DNA of 64,000 bases from Promethearchaeota archaeon (GCA_019057865.1 JAHLWP010000017.1:1-64000); one strand, 5' to 3'; positions 20,791 through 32,044 are shown, counted from the stretch's first letter. The notes: generated by a model not told the origin, from the sequence alone. A program made the numbers and translations.

Positions 20791-21534
20791 CTAAGTATCT
20801 GGTAATAACACAGCGTTAGTAATTACCTTACCTTGTTTATGTACCACCTTATATCCTTTTGAAACTAAGAATTTTTTTATTTCTTCTCCAATTTTAAACA
20901 ATTTCTCCCCATTCTGGGCATTATCCAAAACAATTTTAATTATGGATCGTGCTGACTCTAACTCTTTTTTATGTAAAGTTCCAACTGGCTTGATTTCGAT
21001 TTTAGAAGCACCACTAATAGTTGCAATCTTTTTCATTTCTACATCCAATGATCCAAAGGTGAAGAATTCTCTACTCCGTCGTTTTAACTTTTCTGCTAAA
21101 ATCTTTTCTAAATTGTTTCTTGAATCCTGATCATAAAAAGCAGTTAATTCCTTTGTACATATAGTTCTATATTTTCCAGAAATTAGATTCTCTTTATCCT
21201 CAATAAATGTTATTAAATTATTATAATATTTCGGGTCAATTTTTTGAAAGTTTTCGATATTTCTTACTAAATCTGTCAATTTGTCAATTAAATCGTAATA
21301 AAATTTTAAGGATGATTTAATAGCTAATTTATCATTCATTTCTTTAACTTCAGGATAGTACTTTTTTAGAATTAAATTAATATTTTTATTAAACTCAGCA
21401 CATAATTTCGCTATATCATCAACATTTTTAACTGATTTTTTATTTAAAATTCTAAGTAAGGTTCTTTCTAAGAGTGGTAATTCCTTGAAAATTTGATTGA
21501 TTTTATCTCGATATTTTTTTTCTATATAGCTCAT
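20791..21534 (-). CDS. Hypothetical protein
   Basis: 247-aa ORF co-oriented with proS; no recognisable motif. Confidence 0.65.
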   Translation of the reverse strand: MSYIEKKYRDKINQIFKELPLLERTLLRILNKKSVKNVDDIAKLCAEFNKNINLILKKYYPEVKEMNDKLAIKSSLKFYYDLIDKLTDLVRNIENFQKIDPKYYNNLITFIEDKENLISGKYRTICTKELTAFYDQDSRNNLEKILAEKLKRRSREFFTFGSLDVEMKKIATISGASKIEIKPVGTLHKKELESARSIIKIVLDNAQNGEKLFKIGEEIKKFLVSKGYKVVHKQGKVITNAVLLPDT

Positions 21535-21665
21535 TACTTATAAAAAAGATAATAGTTATCATATATAATATTAATTTTTTAAAAATAGTAGAGAAAAAGA
21601 TTTAATAAAGAAATAATTGTGCTGCTGACATAACAGCTCCACTTATAATGGGAACCGTAAAATTA

Positions 21666-22085
21666 TCATTCTTGGATTAATGGTATTTTCTTAATATCTT
21701 TTGAATCTATTACTTTTTCGAGGATTTTTGAAAATCCATGAAAGTTAGAAATTTCTCCATTAAAATCCTTTAAATCATTCTTAAATTTTTTTATGAAATT
21801 ATCAATTATCTTATCAGCTAAAGATTCTAATAATTCTCTATCAAAGGATTTATTATCACATTTAAATATAATATGCAACCCTGATTGATGTGTATAAAAG
21901 AAAAATATAGAATTATCTAAAGAAATGGTCCTTAGACTTTCTTTAAACTGATTTTTAGTAAAACGACAAAGTAAATCGAAATAACTCGCTAGTGATTGAT
22001 GATCTTTAAAATTTTTACTTCTTGAGAAGTTATGATAAAATAATGCTATTCCTGCTCTATTGATTATCATTAACTGTTGAATCAT
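21666..22085 (-). CDS. Longin-like domain protein
   Basis: MIQQLMIINRAGIALFYHNF...FIKKF...FNGEISNF pattern typical of Asgard longins. Confidence 0.7.
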   Translation of the reverse strand: MIQQLMIINRAGIALFYHNFSRSKNFKDHQSLASYFDLLCRFTKNQFKESLRTISLDNSIFFFYTHQSGLHIIFKCDNKSFDRELLESLADKIIDNFIKKFKNDLKDFNGEISNFHGFSKILEKVIDSKDIKKIPLIQE

Positions 22086-22408
22086 ATCAAATAAATTAAA
22101 AGGACTTATTTATTTTTAGCATTAATTCTAAAATATTGTATAAATACACTTACAACCCTATTAATATTAGAAATATTTTTATCGCTTAATACTACATAAA
22201 ACTAATATTTAAATTTATTTTATTAGTTAATCAATAAAAAACATCAGTGATTTTTGTCGGGTCTTAATAATCAGTTATATTTTTTATGTTTTTAAGCAAT
22301 TTTATATTGAAGAAATTGAAATAAATATTTCCTGAGATTTTTGAAAAAAATAAAAAAACTCTGTTCTAATCACTCAGAACATAGATAACTTTCATTTAAT
22401 TAAACAGA

Positions 22409-23338
22409 TTACTGAAGTTTGTTCTTAATTTGCTTGGAACGACTACGAAGTGTAACTTCGGTCACTTTGGCGATTGCACTTACTTCTGCTTGTGTCTTCC
22501 TGCAATTACCTGCTTTAGCTGCCATATAGATAACACTTGCTGCCAATCCTTTAGGATCTTTTCCTGTTCGCAAGAGTCCGTTTCTAGAGGCTTGTACAAG
22601 CATATTAATTGCCTTTTTCTGAGTCTCCATTGGCAAACCAAGGTCGTTCCCAAACCGAAATACTAGTTGTTCTGCAGTTATGGGCCGATACTTTAAGTTC
22701 AAATCGGGCAAAATTTCTTTTACAACCATCCCTAAAGAGCGGTGTACAGTTCGTCTTGGGGTCATAGAAGCTTCACATACTTCCTCAAGTAATCGTGGAA
22801 ATTCATGTACTCGGATTGCGGCATATAAAGAAGCAGCGATAAATCCATCAATTGATCTTCCCATTGTGAGCTTTTTCTTTGCCACAACAGAATAGATTTT
22901 CCATGCAGTTTCCTTAATATACTCTGGTATATTCATCTTCGATGTGAGCATTTTAAGTTTGGGCTTAGCTTCCCAGAAATTTCGCTCAATACTTGAAATT
23001 AATGAATTCTGAATTTTCGATAGTCGAGAAAATAACGTTTTTCCCTTTGCTCCGATTAAACGACCTTTTGAATCAATTTTAGAGTTAGGCAACATAGTAC
23101 GAGGTCCAAACTCCCTCCACCTTGGCTCTGTTCTGCGACGCTTATTCACTTCTTCGATGGTATAAGCGCGCCTCTCATTTCCCACCAAATTTCTACCACT
23201 AATCATACCACAATTAATACAAACAGCATCTCCATCACGAGATTCGATGCTTGGGTTGCCACAGCATTGATCTGGACTGCAACTAGCCTCTTCTGAAGTA
23301 GTTTTTGCTGATCGTAGGCGGTCTTTGTAATTACTCAA
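22409..23338 (-). CDS. tfb: Transcription initiation factor IIB
   Basis: Zn ribbon CC...CINCG, two cyclin repeats, GKDPKGLAA, VTEVTLRSR. Confidence 0.95.
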   Translation of the reverse strand: MSNYKDRLRSAKTTSEEASCSPDQCCGNPSIESRDGDAVCINCGMISGRNLVGNERRAYTIEEVNKRRRTEPRWREFGPRTMLPNSKIDSKGRLIGAKGKTLFSRLSKIQNSLISSIERNFWEAKPKLKMLTSKMNIPEYIKETAWKIYSVVAKKKLTMGRSIDGFIAASLYAAIRVHEFPRLLEEVCEASMTPRRTVHRSLGMVVKEILPDLNLKYRPITAEQLVFRFGNDLGLPMETQKKAINMLVQASRNGLLRTGKDPKGLAASVIYMAAKAGNCRKTQAEVSAIAKVTEVTLRSRSKQIKNKLQ

Positions 23339-23693
23339 TTTTATTCACTTTTTAGTACTTTTTTTTTCGATTGTTTTAATTTTGATCTTTTACAATAATG
23401 TTTTTCATAATTCTTATAGTATAATGTAAAACTTGAATACTTAAATTTAACAGTTTTAAATTATAAATATTTATTTTTTTTTGAAATTAACAATTGTAAT
23501 GTAATATATTCATCACCCCTATTTAAAAACATTTTTATCCAAAAATGTTATATTTCCCAGAACAAATAAAATATGGGCAATCTGTGGGAATTTCTATATT
23601 CTTATATTTCATAATAAGCTGAAAAATTTTGCAGTATGAAGGCGAAAGAAGTAAAATTACAAAATTAATCTGAATTAAGATATAGACTTGCAA

Positions 23694-24974
23694 TTATATC
23701 TTCAATAATGGTAAGATCTGCGGACTATTTGGTAGAATTAAAATATTTGAATTCTTTCCATGTTTTTTAAGTGATAATTGGATAGCTTCCTCAACTTTTT
23801 TTGCGTATTTTAAGCCAATATTACCCAATTCATTTTCATTTAATTTAGAAACGACATATATCTCTGCTTTCATAAGTATTCTTGCTAAGATTTGGATCTC
23901 CCATTGATCAGGGACAACAATTTCTTTATTTAGAATTTTATGGTAAATATCTTCTGGCTTCATATCCGAGAAAAGTAATTCTCGAAATTCATCTTGACCT
24001 TCACCTATTCCATCACTACATTCATTTACAGAAATTATAGTCCCTCTTTCCTTTACAACCATTTCTCCTATAGCCATGCTCTTAACTGCTTGATATAAAT
24101 TGAGATCTAACGGATAACCTCCATTTCCACAGATTACTATATCATAAGGACCCGTAATTTCTTTAAATACTTTTTTTAATTGATAATCAACAAGTTTTTC
24201 ATGAACTTTTTCTAAATCTCCAGCAGCAATTTGTGTGATCCTATGTTTTTCATCTATACATATATTAATAGTAAAATCTACACCAACAAGTCTAGCTATT
24301 TCTATTGCATTTTTATGCATGGGGTTCTTTTTGTAGATCCCAAATTGAGAATAGGGAGATGAAATATTTTCAGCTGAATGATTCAATTGAATCGTTTCAG
24401 CACCAGCGATACCAGGAACTAGAGCCTTACATCCTCCAGAAAATCCAAAGAAGAAGTGAGGCTCCACATATCCAGTTAATATTTTCACATCACTTTCATA
24501 GTAATATTTGTTAATGTAAATAGGAATATGATTTGACGTTTTTCCTAAATATTGTAATGAGTCTTTATCTGTTGCTTTATGATCTATTACTTTTAGACGA
24601 TTTTTTAACTTATTTCCTAAAATTCTTCCTAATTCTTCTTCACGAGAGGGACGATGTAACCCAGTGGCTATTAAAGCAATAATATTTTTATCCTCAATCC
24701 CATATGAGTTTAATTCTTCTATTAATGCTTCCAATATCAAATGAGAAGGAACAGGTCGAGTCGCATCGCTTACAACTATGCAAATTTGATTCAAGTTCTG
24801 CTTTTCTCTAACGATACTCTTAAGAGGGGAGCATGAGATTGGATTATTTATAGCTTTTTTAATTTTTTCTATAGGATTTTCAATTATATTTTGAGATTTT
24901 GGTCGTAAAATATCAACATTCCAGGATGCATCTAAAGATATTTCTAATCCAGTTTTCCCATAATCAAATTTCAT
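23694..24974 (-). CDS. larA: Nickel-dependent lactate racemase family
   Basis: SDATRP, ATGLHR, EPHFFFGFSGG, GGYPLDLNLYQAVK, DQW. Confidence 0.92.
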   Translation of the reverse strand: MKFDYGKTGLEISLDASWNVDILRPKSQNIIENPIEKIKKAINNPISCSPLKSIVREKQNLNQICIVVSDATRPVPSHLILEALIEELNSYGIEDKNIIALIATGLHRPSREEELGRILGNKLKNRLKVIDHKATDKDSLQYLGKTSNHIPIYINKYYYESDVKILTGYVEPHFFFGFSGGCKALVPGIAGAETIQLNHSAENISSPYSQFGIYKKNPMHKNAIEIARLVGVDFTINICIDEKHRITQIAAGDLEKVHEKLVDYQLKKVFKEITGPYDIVICGNGGYPLDLNLYQAVKSMAIGEMVVKERGTIISVNECSDGIGEGQDEFRELLFSDMKPEDIYHKILNKEIVVPDQWEIQILARILMKAEIYVVSKLNENELGNIGLKYAKKVEEAIQLSLKKHGKNSNILILPNSPQILPLLKI

Positions 24975-24981
24975 AACATTT

Positions 24982-26721
24982 TCACTTCCTCATATGAATT
25001 ATTTCACGAGCTTTCTCAAAAATTTCGTGTGTGTCAATCCCAGCAGGGCAAGTTGTATGACAGAGTGCACATAAAGTACATGTATTAAGAATATCTGATA
25101 TTACTTCAGTCAGGTCTAAATCACCATATACTAACCCATTTAAAATGCTCAATCGACCTCTTGGACTATAAGCTTCTAATAGATAATGGATTCTTGATGG
25201 ACATGTAGCGATACAAAATCCACATCTCATACATTTTAAACTTAACAGCTTATCATTTTGGTTTTTTAACAATCGTGTTTTCCTAGATTTTCTTATTGGT
25301 TGCTTTTCCCCTTTTCCAATGCCAGGATTCAAAATTCTATTTGGATCAAAGAGTTCTTTAATTTTAATCATGATATCGATAATTTCAGGTCCATGTTCTA
25401 ACTCTAGATATGGGGTCTTAATTTTTCCTATTCCATGTTCACCAGTTAAACTACCTCCAGCAGGAATTATAATTTCTTTATATAAGAATTCAATTGCTTG
25501 TTCAAAATCTATTATATCTTGTTCATCATTTTCGTTAAATAAAAAAGTAGGATGTAAATTCCCTTCCATATGGCAAATAATAGCTACTAATAAATTTTTT
25601 GCTTTAATTTCTTCTGGTATTTTTTCAATCTTTTTTATAATATCTGCAAAATGAGTTAACTGAATAGTACAATCTTCCACACAGGTATTTGGTCTTAATC
25701 TGGATAAAGCAGGCAGATTTGCCTTTCTTGCTAGTATAAGTCTTTCTCTCTCTTCATTGTTTTTAGCAATCTTATGATAAACTGGATTTTTTTGAATAAT
25801 GACATCGAATAAGATCGAAAAATTTTCTTCAACCTCGTTGACACTATCTCCATCCACCTCAGCTAATAAAACGTATCCGTTAGGGAAATCTAAAAATTCT
25901 CCACCTAAGTAATCAGTAACCGCTTTCAAAACGAGTTTATCCATAAATTCTAATAAGTTTGGAATAATGCCTTTTTTACGTATTTTTAATACTGCATTTT
26001 GCAAATCTTGAAGATCCTCAAAAATAAACAAACCTAATTTTCTTGCTTTAGGTAGAGGTCTAATTCTGAGACTAATCTTGGTAATAACTCCTAAAGTTCC
26101 CTCAGAACCGATGAATAAATCTTTTAAATTATAAGAAGATACGGATTTTAAAACGTTTGTACCTAAATTCAAAATATTTCCATCAGGGAGGACTACTTCT
26201 AAATATAGAACGTAATTTTTCGTGACACCATATTTAAATGCCTGTATTCCTCCAGCATTAGTTGCAACCATTCCTCCTATTGTTGCAACTGAGCTTGAAC
26301 CGGGATCTGGAGGAAAAAAATATCCAAACGGTTCTAACTTTTCGTTTAAATCGTCACAGATGACTCCTGGCTCCACTTCAACAAGATTATTCTCAATATC
26401 AATTTTAATTATTTTATTTATTCTGGATAAGTCAAGAACAATACCATTATAAGGTGTCATCGCCCCTGCAGATAAGCTGGTTCCATTACCTCTGGGAGTG
26501 ACAGGAACTCTATATTTATTTGCTAATTTTAAAATTTTAGAAATTTGTAAAGAATTTTGAGGTAATAAGATTAAATCAGGGATCCAATCTCTTTCAAATA
26601 TCGTTCCTCCAAAAGAATAAGCCCATCGAATTTCAAAGTTATCAAAACATGATTCTTCTCCTACAATTTGTTCAAATTGTGCAATTACTTGCTTTGAAAT
26701 TTTATTATATTTTGTAGTCAT
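24982..26721 (-). CDS. FAD-linked 2-hydroxyacid (D-lactate/glycolate) dehydrogenase, GlcD-like, fused to a 2x[4Fe-4S] domain
   Basis: PRGNGTSLSAG, FFPPDPGS, GSEGTLGVIT, GEHGIG; CMRCGFC...CP and CTLCALC...CP. Confidence 0.9.
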   Translation of the reverse strand: MTTKYNKISKQVIAQFEQIVGEESCFDNFEIRWAYSFGGTIFERDWIPDLILLPQNSLQISKILKLANKYRVPVTPRGNGTSLSAGAMTPYNGIVLDLSRINKIIKIDIENNLVEVEPGVICDDLNEKLEPFGYFFPPDPGSSSVATIGGMVATNAGGIQAFKYGVTKNYVLYLEVVLPDGNILNLGTNVLKSVSSYNLKDLFIGSEGTLGVITKISLRIRPLPKARKLGLFIFEDLQDLQNAVLKIRKKGIIPNLLEFMDKLVLKAVTDYLGGEFLDFPNGYVLLAEVDGDSVNEVEENFSILFDVIIQKNPVYHKIAKNNEERERLILARKANLPALSRLRPNTCVEDCTIQLTHFADIIKKIEKIPEEIKAKNLLVAIICHMEGNLHPTFLFNENDEQDIIDFEQAIEFLYKEIIIPAGGSLTGEHGIGKIKTPYLELEHGPEIIDIMIKIKELFDPNRILNPGIGKGEKQPIRKSRKTRLLKNQNDKLLSLKCMRCGFCIATCPSRIHYLLEAYSPRGRLSILNGLVYGDLDLTEVISDILNTCTLCALCHTTCPAGIDTHEIFEKAREIIHMRK

Positions 26722-26794
26722 ATTGAAAAACTAAATATTAGCCTTTTTTTATTTGGTAAAAAGAATTCTGATTAATATTTTTGCTTGTTATTGA

Positions 26795-27682
26795 TCATAA
26801 AGTAGTAAATTCATTCCCATCAAAACCCCAAGATCTAAGAATCTTTTCAGTATCAGTTATAATCTTTTCAATAAATTCCTTTACAGGAACTATTTTATCG
26901 ATATGTCCAATTGCCATTGAACCTGCTACAGAATCTTTTAATTCAAAATGAAATGTTTTTTTATGGAATTTTTCATCAAATATATTTTGAGTTATTAATT
27001 TCTCTTTCCATGACGCCGATGCAGGGCTTTCTATTGTTGCTAAAATAGCAGTACCAAAACACACAGCCTCAGCACCCATAGCTAAGGCTCCCAGAAAACC
27101 TCTAGCATCTCCTAGTCCGCCAGCAGCAATGATAGGTATTTTAAGCAATTTTTTAGCCATTGTTATGTTTATTAATGTTGTATTTTGAAGAGGATTTTTG
27201 AATCCAGTACCCTCAACACCAACTATTGTCACCGCATCAGCACCCTGTCTTTCGGCTGATATTGCATGTTTTATTGTGGCACATTTATGAAACCAATAAC
27301 AACCGGCATCATGTAGTTTCTTTCCTATTTTAGGTGCCTGATAGGCTGAAGTTGTACAAACATTAACTCCTGCTTCAATAGCTAAATCAACGAACTCTAA
27401 ATATGATTCTTCTGATCTTCCCTTCCCTCCCATCTTTTCAATGAGATAGGGTGGCATTATTGAAAAATTCACACCCCATGGTTTGTTAGTTAACATCTTC
27501 ATTTTGTCAATTTCAGCTTGAAATATTTTAATAGTTTTAAAGTTAATTGCTGTGAGAATACCAAAACCGCCTGCATTTGAGAAAGCTGCAGCAAATTCAG
27601 CTTTTCCTAATCCTACAAAAGCACCCATTATTATTGGGTATTTAGTATCCATCATTTCTGAAATTCTTGTTTTCCAAATCAT
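26795..27682 (-). CDS. Nitronate monooxygenase / FabK-like flavoprotein
   Basis: KYPIIMG, SNAGGFGIL, IIAAGGLGDARG, GAEAVCFGT. Confidence 0.88.
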   Translation of the reverse strand: MIWKTRISEMMDTKYPIIMGAFVGLGKAEFAAAFSNAGGFGILTAINFKTIKIFQAEIDKMKMLTNKPWGVNFSIMPPYLIEKMGGKGRSEESYLEFVDLAIEAGVNVCTTSAYQAPKIGKKLHDAGCYWFHKCATIKHAISAERQGADAVTIVGVEGTGFKNPLQNTTLINITMAKKLLKIPIIAAGGLGDARGFLGALAMGAEAVCFGTAILATIESPASASWKEKLITQNIFDEKFHKKTFHFELKDSVAGSMAIGHIDKIVPVKEFIEKIITDTEKILRSWGFDGNEFTTL

Positions 27683-27852
27683 CTTTTTTCGTTCTCAGAA
27701 AATTTATAGTGAAATTAGATAATAGATTCTGATGTTTTTCTTATAATAATTTGTTTGTTCTCTGTAGTAATATAATTTTTCCAAAAAAAAGATATTTTAA
27801 ATAGAATTAATATAATAGTTGTGTATAAGAATATAGGCTTTAAGGGATTTTT

Positions 27853-28251
27853 TTGGGAAAAATTTTAAATGATATATGGATCTTAACAGAAAGTGGCGTA
27901 ACTGTTTATAATCGTGTCCTTGATCCAAGGATTAACCCCCAACTGTTTGGAGCACTTATGAGTGCATTAAATTTATTTGCAGAACAACTGTCTAATGGTG
28001 GTATTTCGAATTTTGAGTTAAGTAATTTACGATTTACAATTATTAAAAGAAATCATTTTATTTTTGTAGCAAATTCATCAAATAAATCAAAAGAGAAAAA
28101 AGTTTTAAATGAGTTAAGTCGTATTTCAGATAAATTTTTTGAATTATATTCAGAAGAAGTTTTAGAGAAATGGGATAATGATATTAACATCTTTGCAAAT
28201 TTTAAAATTGAGATAAAAGACTCATTAGAAGAAACTACAAAAAAGTTCTAA
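27853..28251 (+). CDS. Longin-like domain protein
   Basis: DIWILTESGVTVYNR...QLFGALMSAL...FFELY...WDNDINIF. Confidence 0.75.
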   Translation: MGKILNDIWILTESGVTVYNRVLDPRINPQLFGALMSALNLFAEQLSNGGISNFELSNLRFTIIKRNHFIFVANSSNKSKEKKVLNELSRISDKFFELYSEEVLEKWDNDINIFANFKIEIKDSLEETTKKF

Positions 28252-28401
28252 AAAGCTTATATGCAAAATTCTTCAATATTATCTCAATATTTTATTTCTT
28301 ATTGTCAATAATAGAAAAAAATTTAAGAAGAATTAGATTCTTAATTATTAACCTAAATTAAAAATAATTTTTTAAAAGTAAAATAATCAAATTAAACTAA
28401 T

Positions 28402-28731
28402 ATGGATAAAGAAGAGCACACTAAAAGGAAAAATTTTTCAAATAATCCTAATTTTCATAGAAGTTTGAAAGGAGAACGAACTATTGAAAAATACAGTTCA
28501 CTTTCCTCAGATTATCTTAGTGATAATATTAAAAACATATCAAGACCAAAATTTTTAGGTTCTATTCATTTAAAAAACGACACAAATATTAACAATCATT
28601 CAGTTGTAAATTTATTAAAGGGAGAATTAGAAGGAAGATTAACAAAATCTTTAAACCCAATCACCAAAACTCTAATAATCTTAGCACTTGTCTTTAATAT
28701 TATCTGGTTCTTCTTAATTTACTTCTTTTAG
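28402..28731 (+). CDS. Hypothetical tail-anchored membrane protein
   Basis: Single hydrophobic helix at the extreme C-terminus. Confidence 0.6.
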   Translation: MDKEEHTKRKNFSNNPNFHRSLKGERTIEKYSSLSSDYLSDNIKNISRPKFLGSIHLKNDTNINNHSVVNLLKGELEGRLTKSLNPITKTLIILALVFNIIWFFLIYFF

Positions 28732-28887
28732 AAGAGAAAATAAGATAAATACACCACTGGATTAAAAAATTTAAAATCAAATTTATTTGGAAAAAATATT
28801 ATCTCTTTTTAATAAAAGATTTTTTTTAGAATTTTTAATTCATAACTAATATTACATAAAATTTCAACTTTAAAGGGTAGTTCTTAA

Positions 28888-30357
28888 TTGATTTATGATA
28901 TTATTATTATTGGTGGTGGCGTAATTGGTTGTTGTATTGCACGTACTCTGTCAAAATATGATTTAGAAATAGGTTTATTGGAAAAAGAAGCTGAACTTGC
29001 ATCTGGAACAACAAAAGGAAATTCTGGAGTTGTCCATGCTGGTTATGCAGCCCCAAGAGAATACATAAAGAGAAGTTTATGTATTAGAGGAAATAAACTA
29101 TACACTCAAGCTGCTGAAGAATTAAATTTTCCATTTCAAAGAATTGGATCCTTTGTAGTTGCTTTGGAGGATAACCAAATTAAATTATTAGAGGAGCAAA
29201 GAAGACAAGGAATACAAGATGGAGTTCCTGGATTAGAAGTAATTTTAGATAAAGAGAAAATAAAATATATGGAACCTAATATAAATGATGAAGTTGTTGG
29301 TGTACTCCACGCTCCTACTGCCGGTATTGTAAGTCCTTATGAAATGACATTTGCATTAGCAGATAATGCGGCTATGAACGGAGTTAAATGTTTTTTGAAT
29401 CAAAAAGTTAGAAGGATTAAACATCAGGATTATACTTTCACAATTAAAACAAAAACGAAAGAACTTAAATCACGTAATGTTATTAATGCTGCTGGTTTAT
29501 ATGCGGCAAGAATTTCTAAATTAATAGGTTTAGATTATTTCGAAATTATGCCCAGGAAAGGGGAATATATTTTATTTGATAGAAATGCACTTAATTTAAA
29601 CAAAATATTATTTCCAACTCCTACAAAGGTATCTAAAGGGATTTTAGTATGTCCAACTTGTCATGAAAACACATTTGTTGGTCCTAATGCTCAGAATATT
29701 ACTGATAAGAAAGATATATCTACTACTGAAGCCGGATTAAAAGAACTTTTAGAAGCTGGTAGAAAGTTAGTACCAAATTTACCTGTAAGAAGTTCTATTA
29801 GAAATTTTGCTGGATTAAGAGCAGTTCCTGATACTTATGATTTTATTATAGATAATACAGATGTTTATGGTTTTATAAATGTAGCTGGAATCTTATCTCC
29901 GGGATTAACTTCTAGCTATGCAATAGCAGAAAAAGTTGTAGAATTCCTTGAATTATTAGGTGTTGAACTAAAAGTTAAAGAGAATTACAATCCAATTCGC
30001 CCAAAACCAGAGAGATTTAGAGATTTTTCGCAAGAGGAACTTGATCAGAAGATAAAAGAAGACCCATCATGGGGAAGAATCATTTGTCGATGCGAGACAA
30101 TCCCAGAGAGAGAGATTTTAAATGCCATTCACGCTCCAGTAGGAGCAACTACTATAGATGGTGTAAAGTTCAGATGTAGACCAGGTATGGGTCGTTGTCA
30201 AGGCGGATTCTGTCGACCACGAGTCATCGAAATTCTATCACGAGAGTTAAACATTCCATATGAAGAAGTAACAAAAAGAGGAGAAGACACAAATCTCTTA
30301 GTAGCTAAAACTAAAGATTTTATATTAAATAAATTAGAAAAAGGTGTTGAGGAGTGA
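28888..30357 (+). CDS. FAD-dependent glycerol-3-phosphate dehydrogenase-like oxidoreductase with C-terminal BFD-like [2Fe-2S] domain
   Basis: GGGVIG, TTKGNSGVVHAG, SPGLTSS, CRCE...GRCQGGFC. Confidence 0.85.
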   Translation: MIYDIIIIGGGVIGCCIARTLSKYDLEIGLLEKEAELASGTTKGNSGVVHAGYAAPREYIKRSLCIRGNKLYTQAAEELNFPFQRIGSFVVALEDNQIKLLEEQRRQGIQDGVPGLEVILDKEKIKYMEPNINDEVVGVLHAPTAGIVSPYEMTFALADNAAMNGVKCFLNQKVRRIKHQDYTFTIKTKTKELKSRNVINAAGLYAARISKLIGLDYFEIMPRKGEYILFDRNALNLNKILFPTPTKVSKGILVCPTCHENTFVGPNAQNITDKKDISTTEAGLKELLEAGRKLVPNLPVRSSIRNFAGLRAVPDTYDFIIDNTDVYGFINVAGILSPGLTSSYAIAEKVVEFLELLGVELKVKENYNPIRPKPERFRDFSQEELDQKIKEDPSWGRIICRCETIPEREILNAIHAPVGATTIDGVKFRCRPGMGRCQGGFCRPRVIEILSRELNIPYEEVTKRGEDTNLLVAKTKDFILNKLEKGVEE

Positions 30358-31652
30358 AACAATATAAAGCAGATGTAGTTATTATAGGATCTGGTGCAGC
30401 AGGATTAGCAGCAGCAATAGAGATTAAAAAAGCAAACTTAAGTGTCATAATTATCGAGAGAGATAAAGAATTAGGTGGAATCACCTTGCAATGTATTCAT
30501 AATGGGTTTGGACTAAAAGAATTTCAGGAAGAATTAACTGGTCCAGAATATATCCAACGATTTATCAACCAAGTTAAGGAACTAGAGATTCCCTACATGT
30601 TAAATACTATGGTCATTGAAATTACTAAAGATAAAAAAGTTTATGCTGTTAATAATGAAGAAGGTCTTGTTGAAATGAAAGCAAAAGCAATAATTTTAGC
30701 AATGGGATGTCGAGAAAGAACAAGAGGTGCAATTAATATACCTGGATTTAGACCAGCTGGAATATATACAGCGGGTCAAGCTCAAAGATTTGTAAATATT
30801 GAAGGATATTTACCGGGGAATACATTAGTTATTTTAGGGAGTGGAGATATAGGAATGATTATGGCAAGAAGATTAACATGGGAGGGATGTAAGGTTAAAG
30901 CTGTAGTTGAAATTTTACCTTATGTAAGTGGATTATTAAGAAATCAAGTACAATGTTTAGAAGATTATGATATTCCACTTATTACTAGCTACACAGTTAC
31001 CAAAATTCATGGTAGAGATAGAGTGAAAGGAGTAACAATATCTAAAGTTGATAGAAATTTTGATAGAATCATTGGCTCAGACAAATTTATTGAATGTGAT
31101 ACTCTACTGTTATCAGTAGGGCTAATCCCTGAAAACGAATTGTCTCTAAGTGCTGGGGCAGAACTTTCAAAGAATGGAGGTCCAATTGTTGACAACAATT
31201 TGGAAACAACAATTGAAGGAATATTTGCCTGCGGGAATGTTTTACAAGTACATGATTTAGTTGACTTAGTAACTGCCGAAGCAAAGAGAGCGGGGCAAAA
31301 TGCAGTAGAATATATTAAAAATAGATATGGTAAAGCATCAAAAGAAAAAGAAATAATTAAGTGTCTAGCAGGAGAAAATGTCAATTATGTTAAACCAGAT
31401 ATTATCAAAAAAAGAGATTTGGAGAATGACATAATTTTTACACTACGAGTGAATTACCCTGATAGAAGGGTGCTTATTCAATTAAAAGATAATAACAATA
31501 ATGTAATTTACAAAAGAAAGAAAATATATGTAATCCCCAGCGAAATGGTTGAGTTAAATGTTAATTTAGAGAAAAATGGCATAGATTCTAAATGCAAATC
31601 TATTACAATTGAAGTTATACCTCGTCCAGAGGTATTAATTGAAGAGGAGTGA
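30354..31652 (+). CDS. Pyridine nucleotide-disulfide oxidoreductase (second subunit of the G3PDH-like operon)
   Basis: GSGAAG, QCIHNGFG, GCRERTRG, GNVLQVHDLVD; GTGA overlap with the previous gene. Confidence 0.88.
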   Translation: MKQYKADVVIIGSGAAGLAAAIEIKKANLSVIIIERDKELGGITLQCIHNGFGLKEFQEELTGPEYIQRFINQVKELEIPYMLNTMVIEITKDKKVYAVNNEEGLVEMKAKAIILAMGCRERTRGAINIPGFRPAGIYTAGQAQRFVNIEGYLPGNTLVILGSGDIGMIMARRLTWEGCKVKAVVEILPYVSGLLRNQVQCLEDYDIPLITSYTVTKIHGRDRVKGVTISKVDRNFDRIIGSDKFIECDTLLLSVGLIPENELSLSAGAELSKNGGPIVDNNLETTIEGIFACGNVLQVHDLVDLVTAEAKRAGQNAVEYIKNRYGKASKEKEIIKCLAGENVNYVKPDIIKKRDLENDIIFTLRVNYPDRRVLIQLKDNNNNVIYKRKKIYVIPSEMVELNVNLEKNGIDSKCKSITIEVIPRPEVLIEEE

Positions 31653-32044
31653 TCAAAAATATGTCAGAAAGTAGTCAAAGCGTAATAAAAGTGATAAGAT
31701 GTATTGTTTGTCCAACCGGTTGTGAGATTCAAGTAAAACAGGGTCAGAAGGGTGATATTTCATTTGAGGGTTATACCTGTGAAAGAGGGTTGGAATATGC
31801 AGAGCAGGAATATTATGAACCAAAAAGGATTCTTACAACTACAATACGGGTTGAAAATGGATTATTACCTTTAATTCCAATAAGAACAGATAAACCAATC
31901 TTAAAAGATAAAATAAAAAATGCACTAAAAGAAATTGCTAAGACTAAAGTAAAAGCACCTATTAAAATGGGAGATATATTAATTGAAAACATCCTAGAAT
32001 TAGGAGTTAATATTATTGCAAGTCGGAATTTAATAGAAAGATAA
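31649..32044 (+). CDS. DUF1667 small Cys-rich subunit
   Basis: CIVCPTGC...GYTCERG..YA. Confidence 0.88.
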   Translation: MIKNMSESSQSVIKVIRCIVCPTGCEIQVKQGQKGDISFEGYTCERGLEYAEQEYYEPKRILTTTIRVENGLLPLIPIRTDKPILKDKIKNALKEIAKTKVKAPIKMGDILIENILELGVNIIASRNLIER

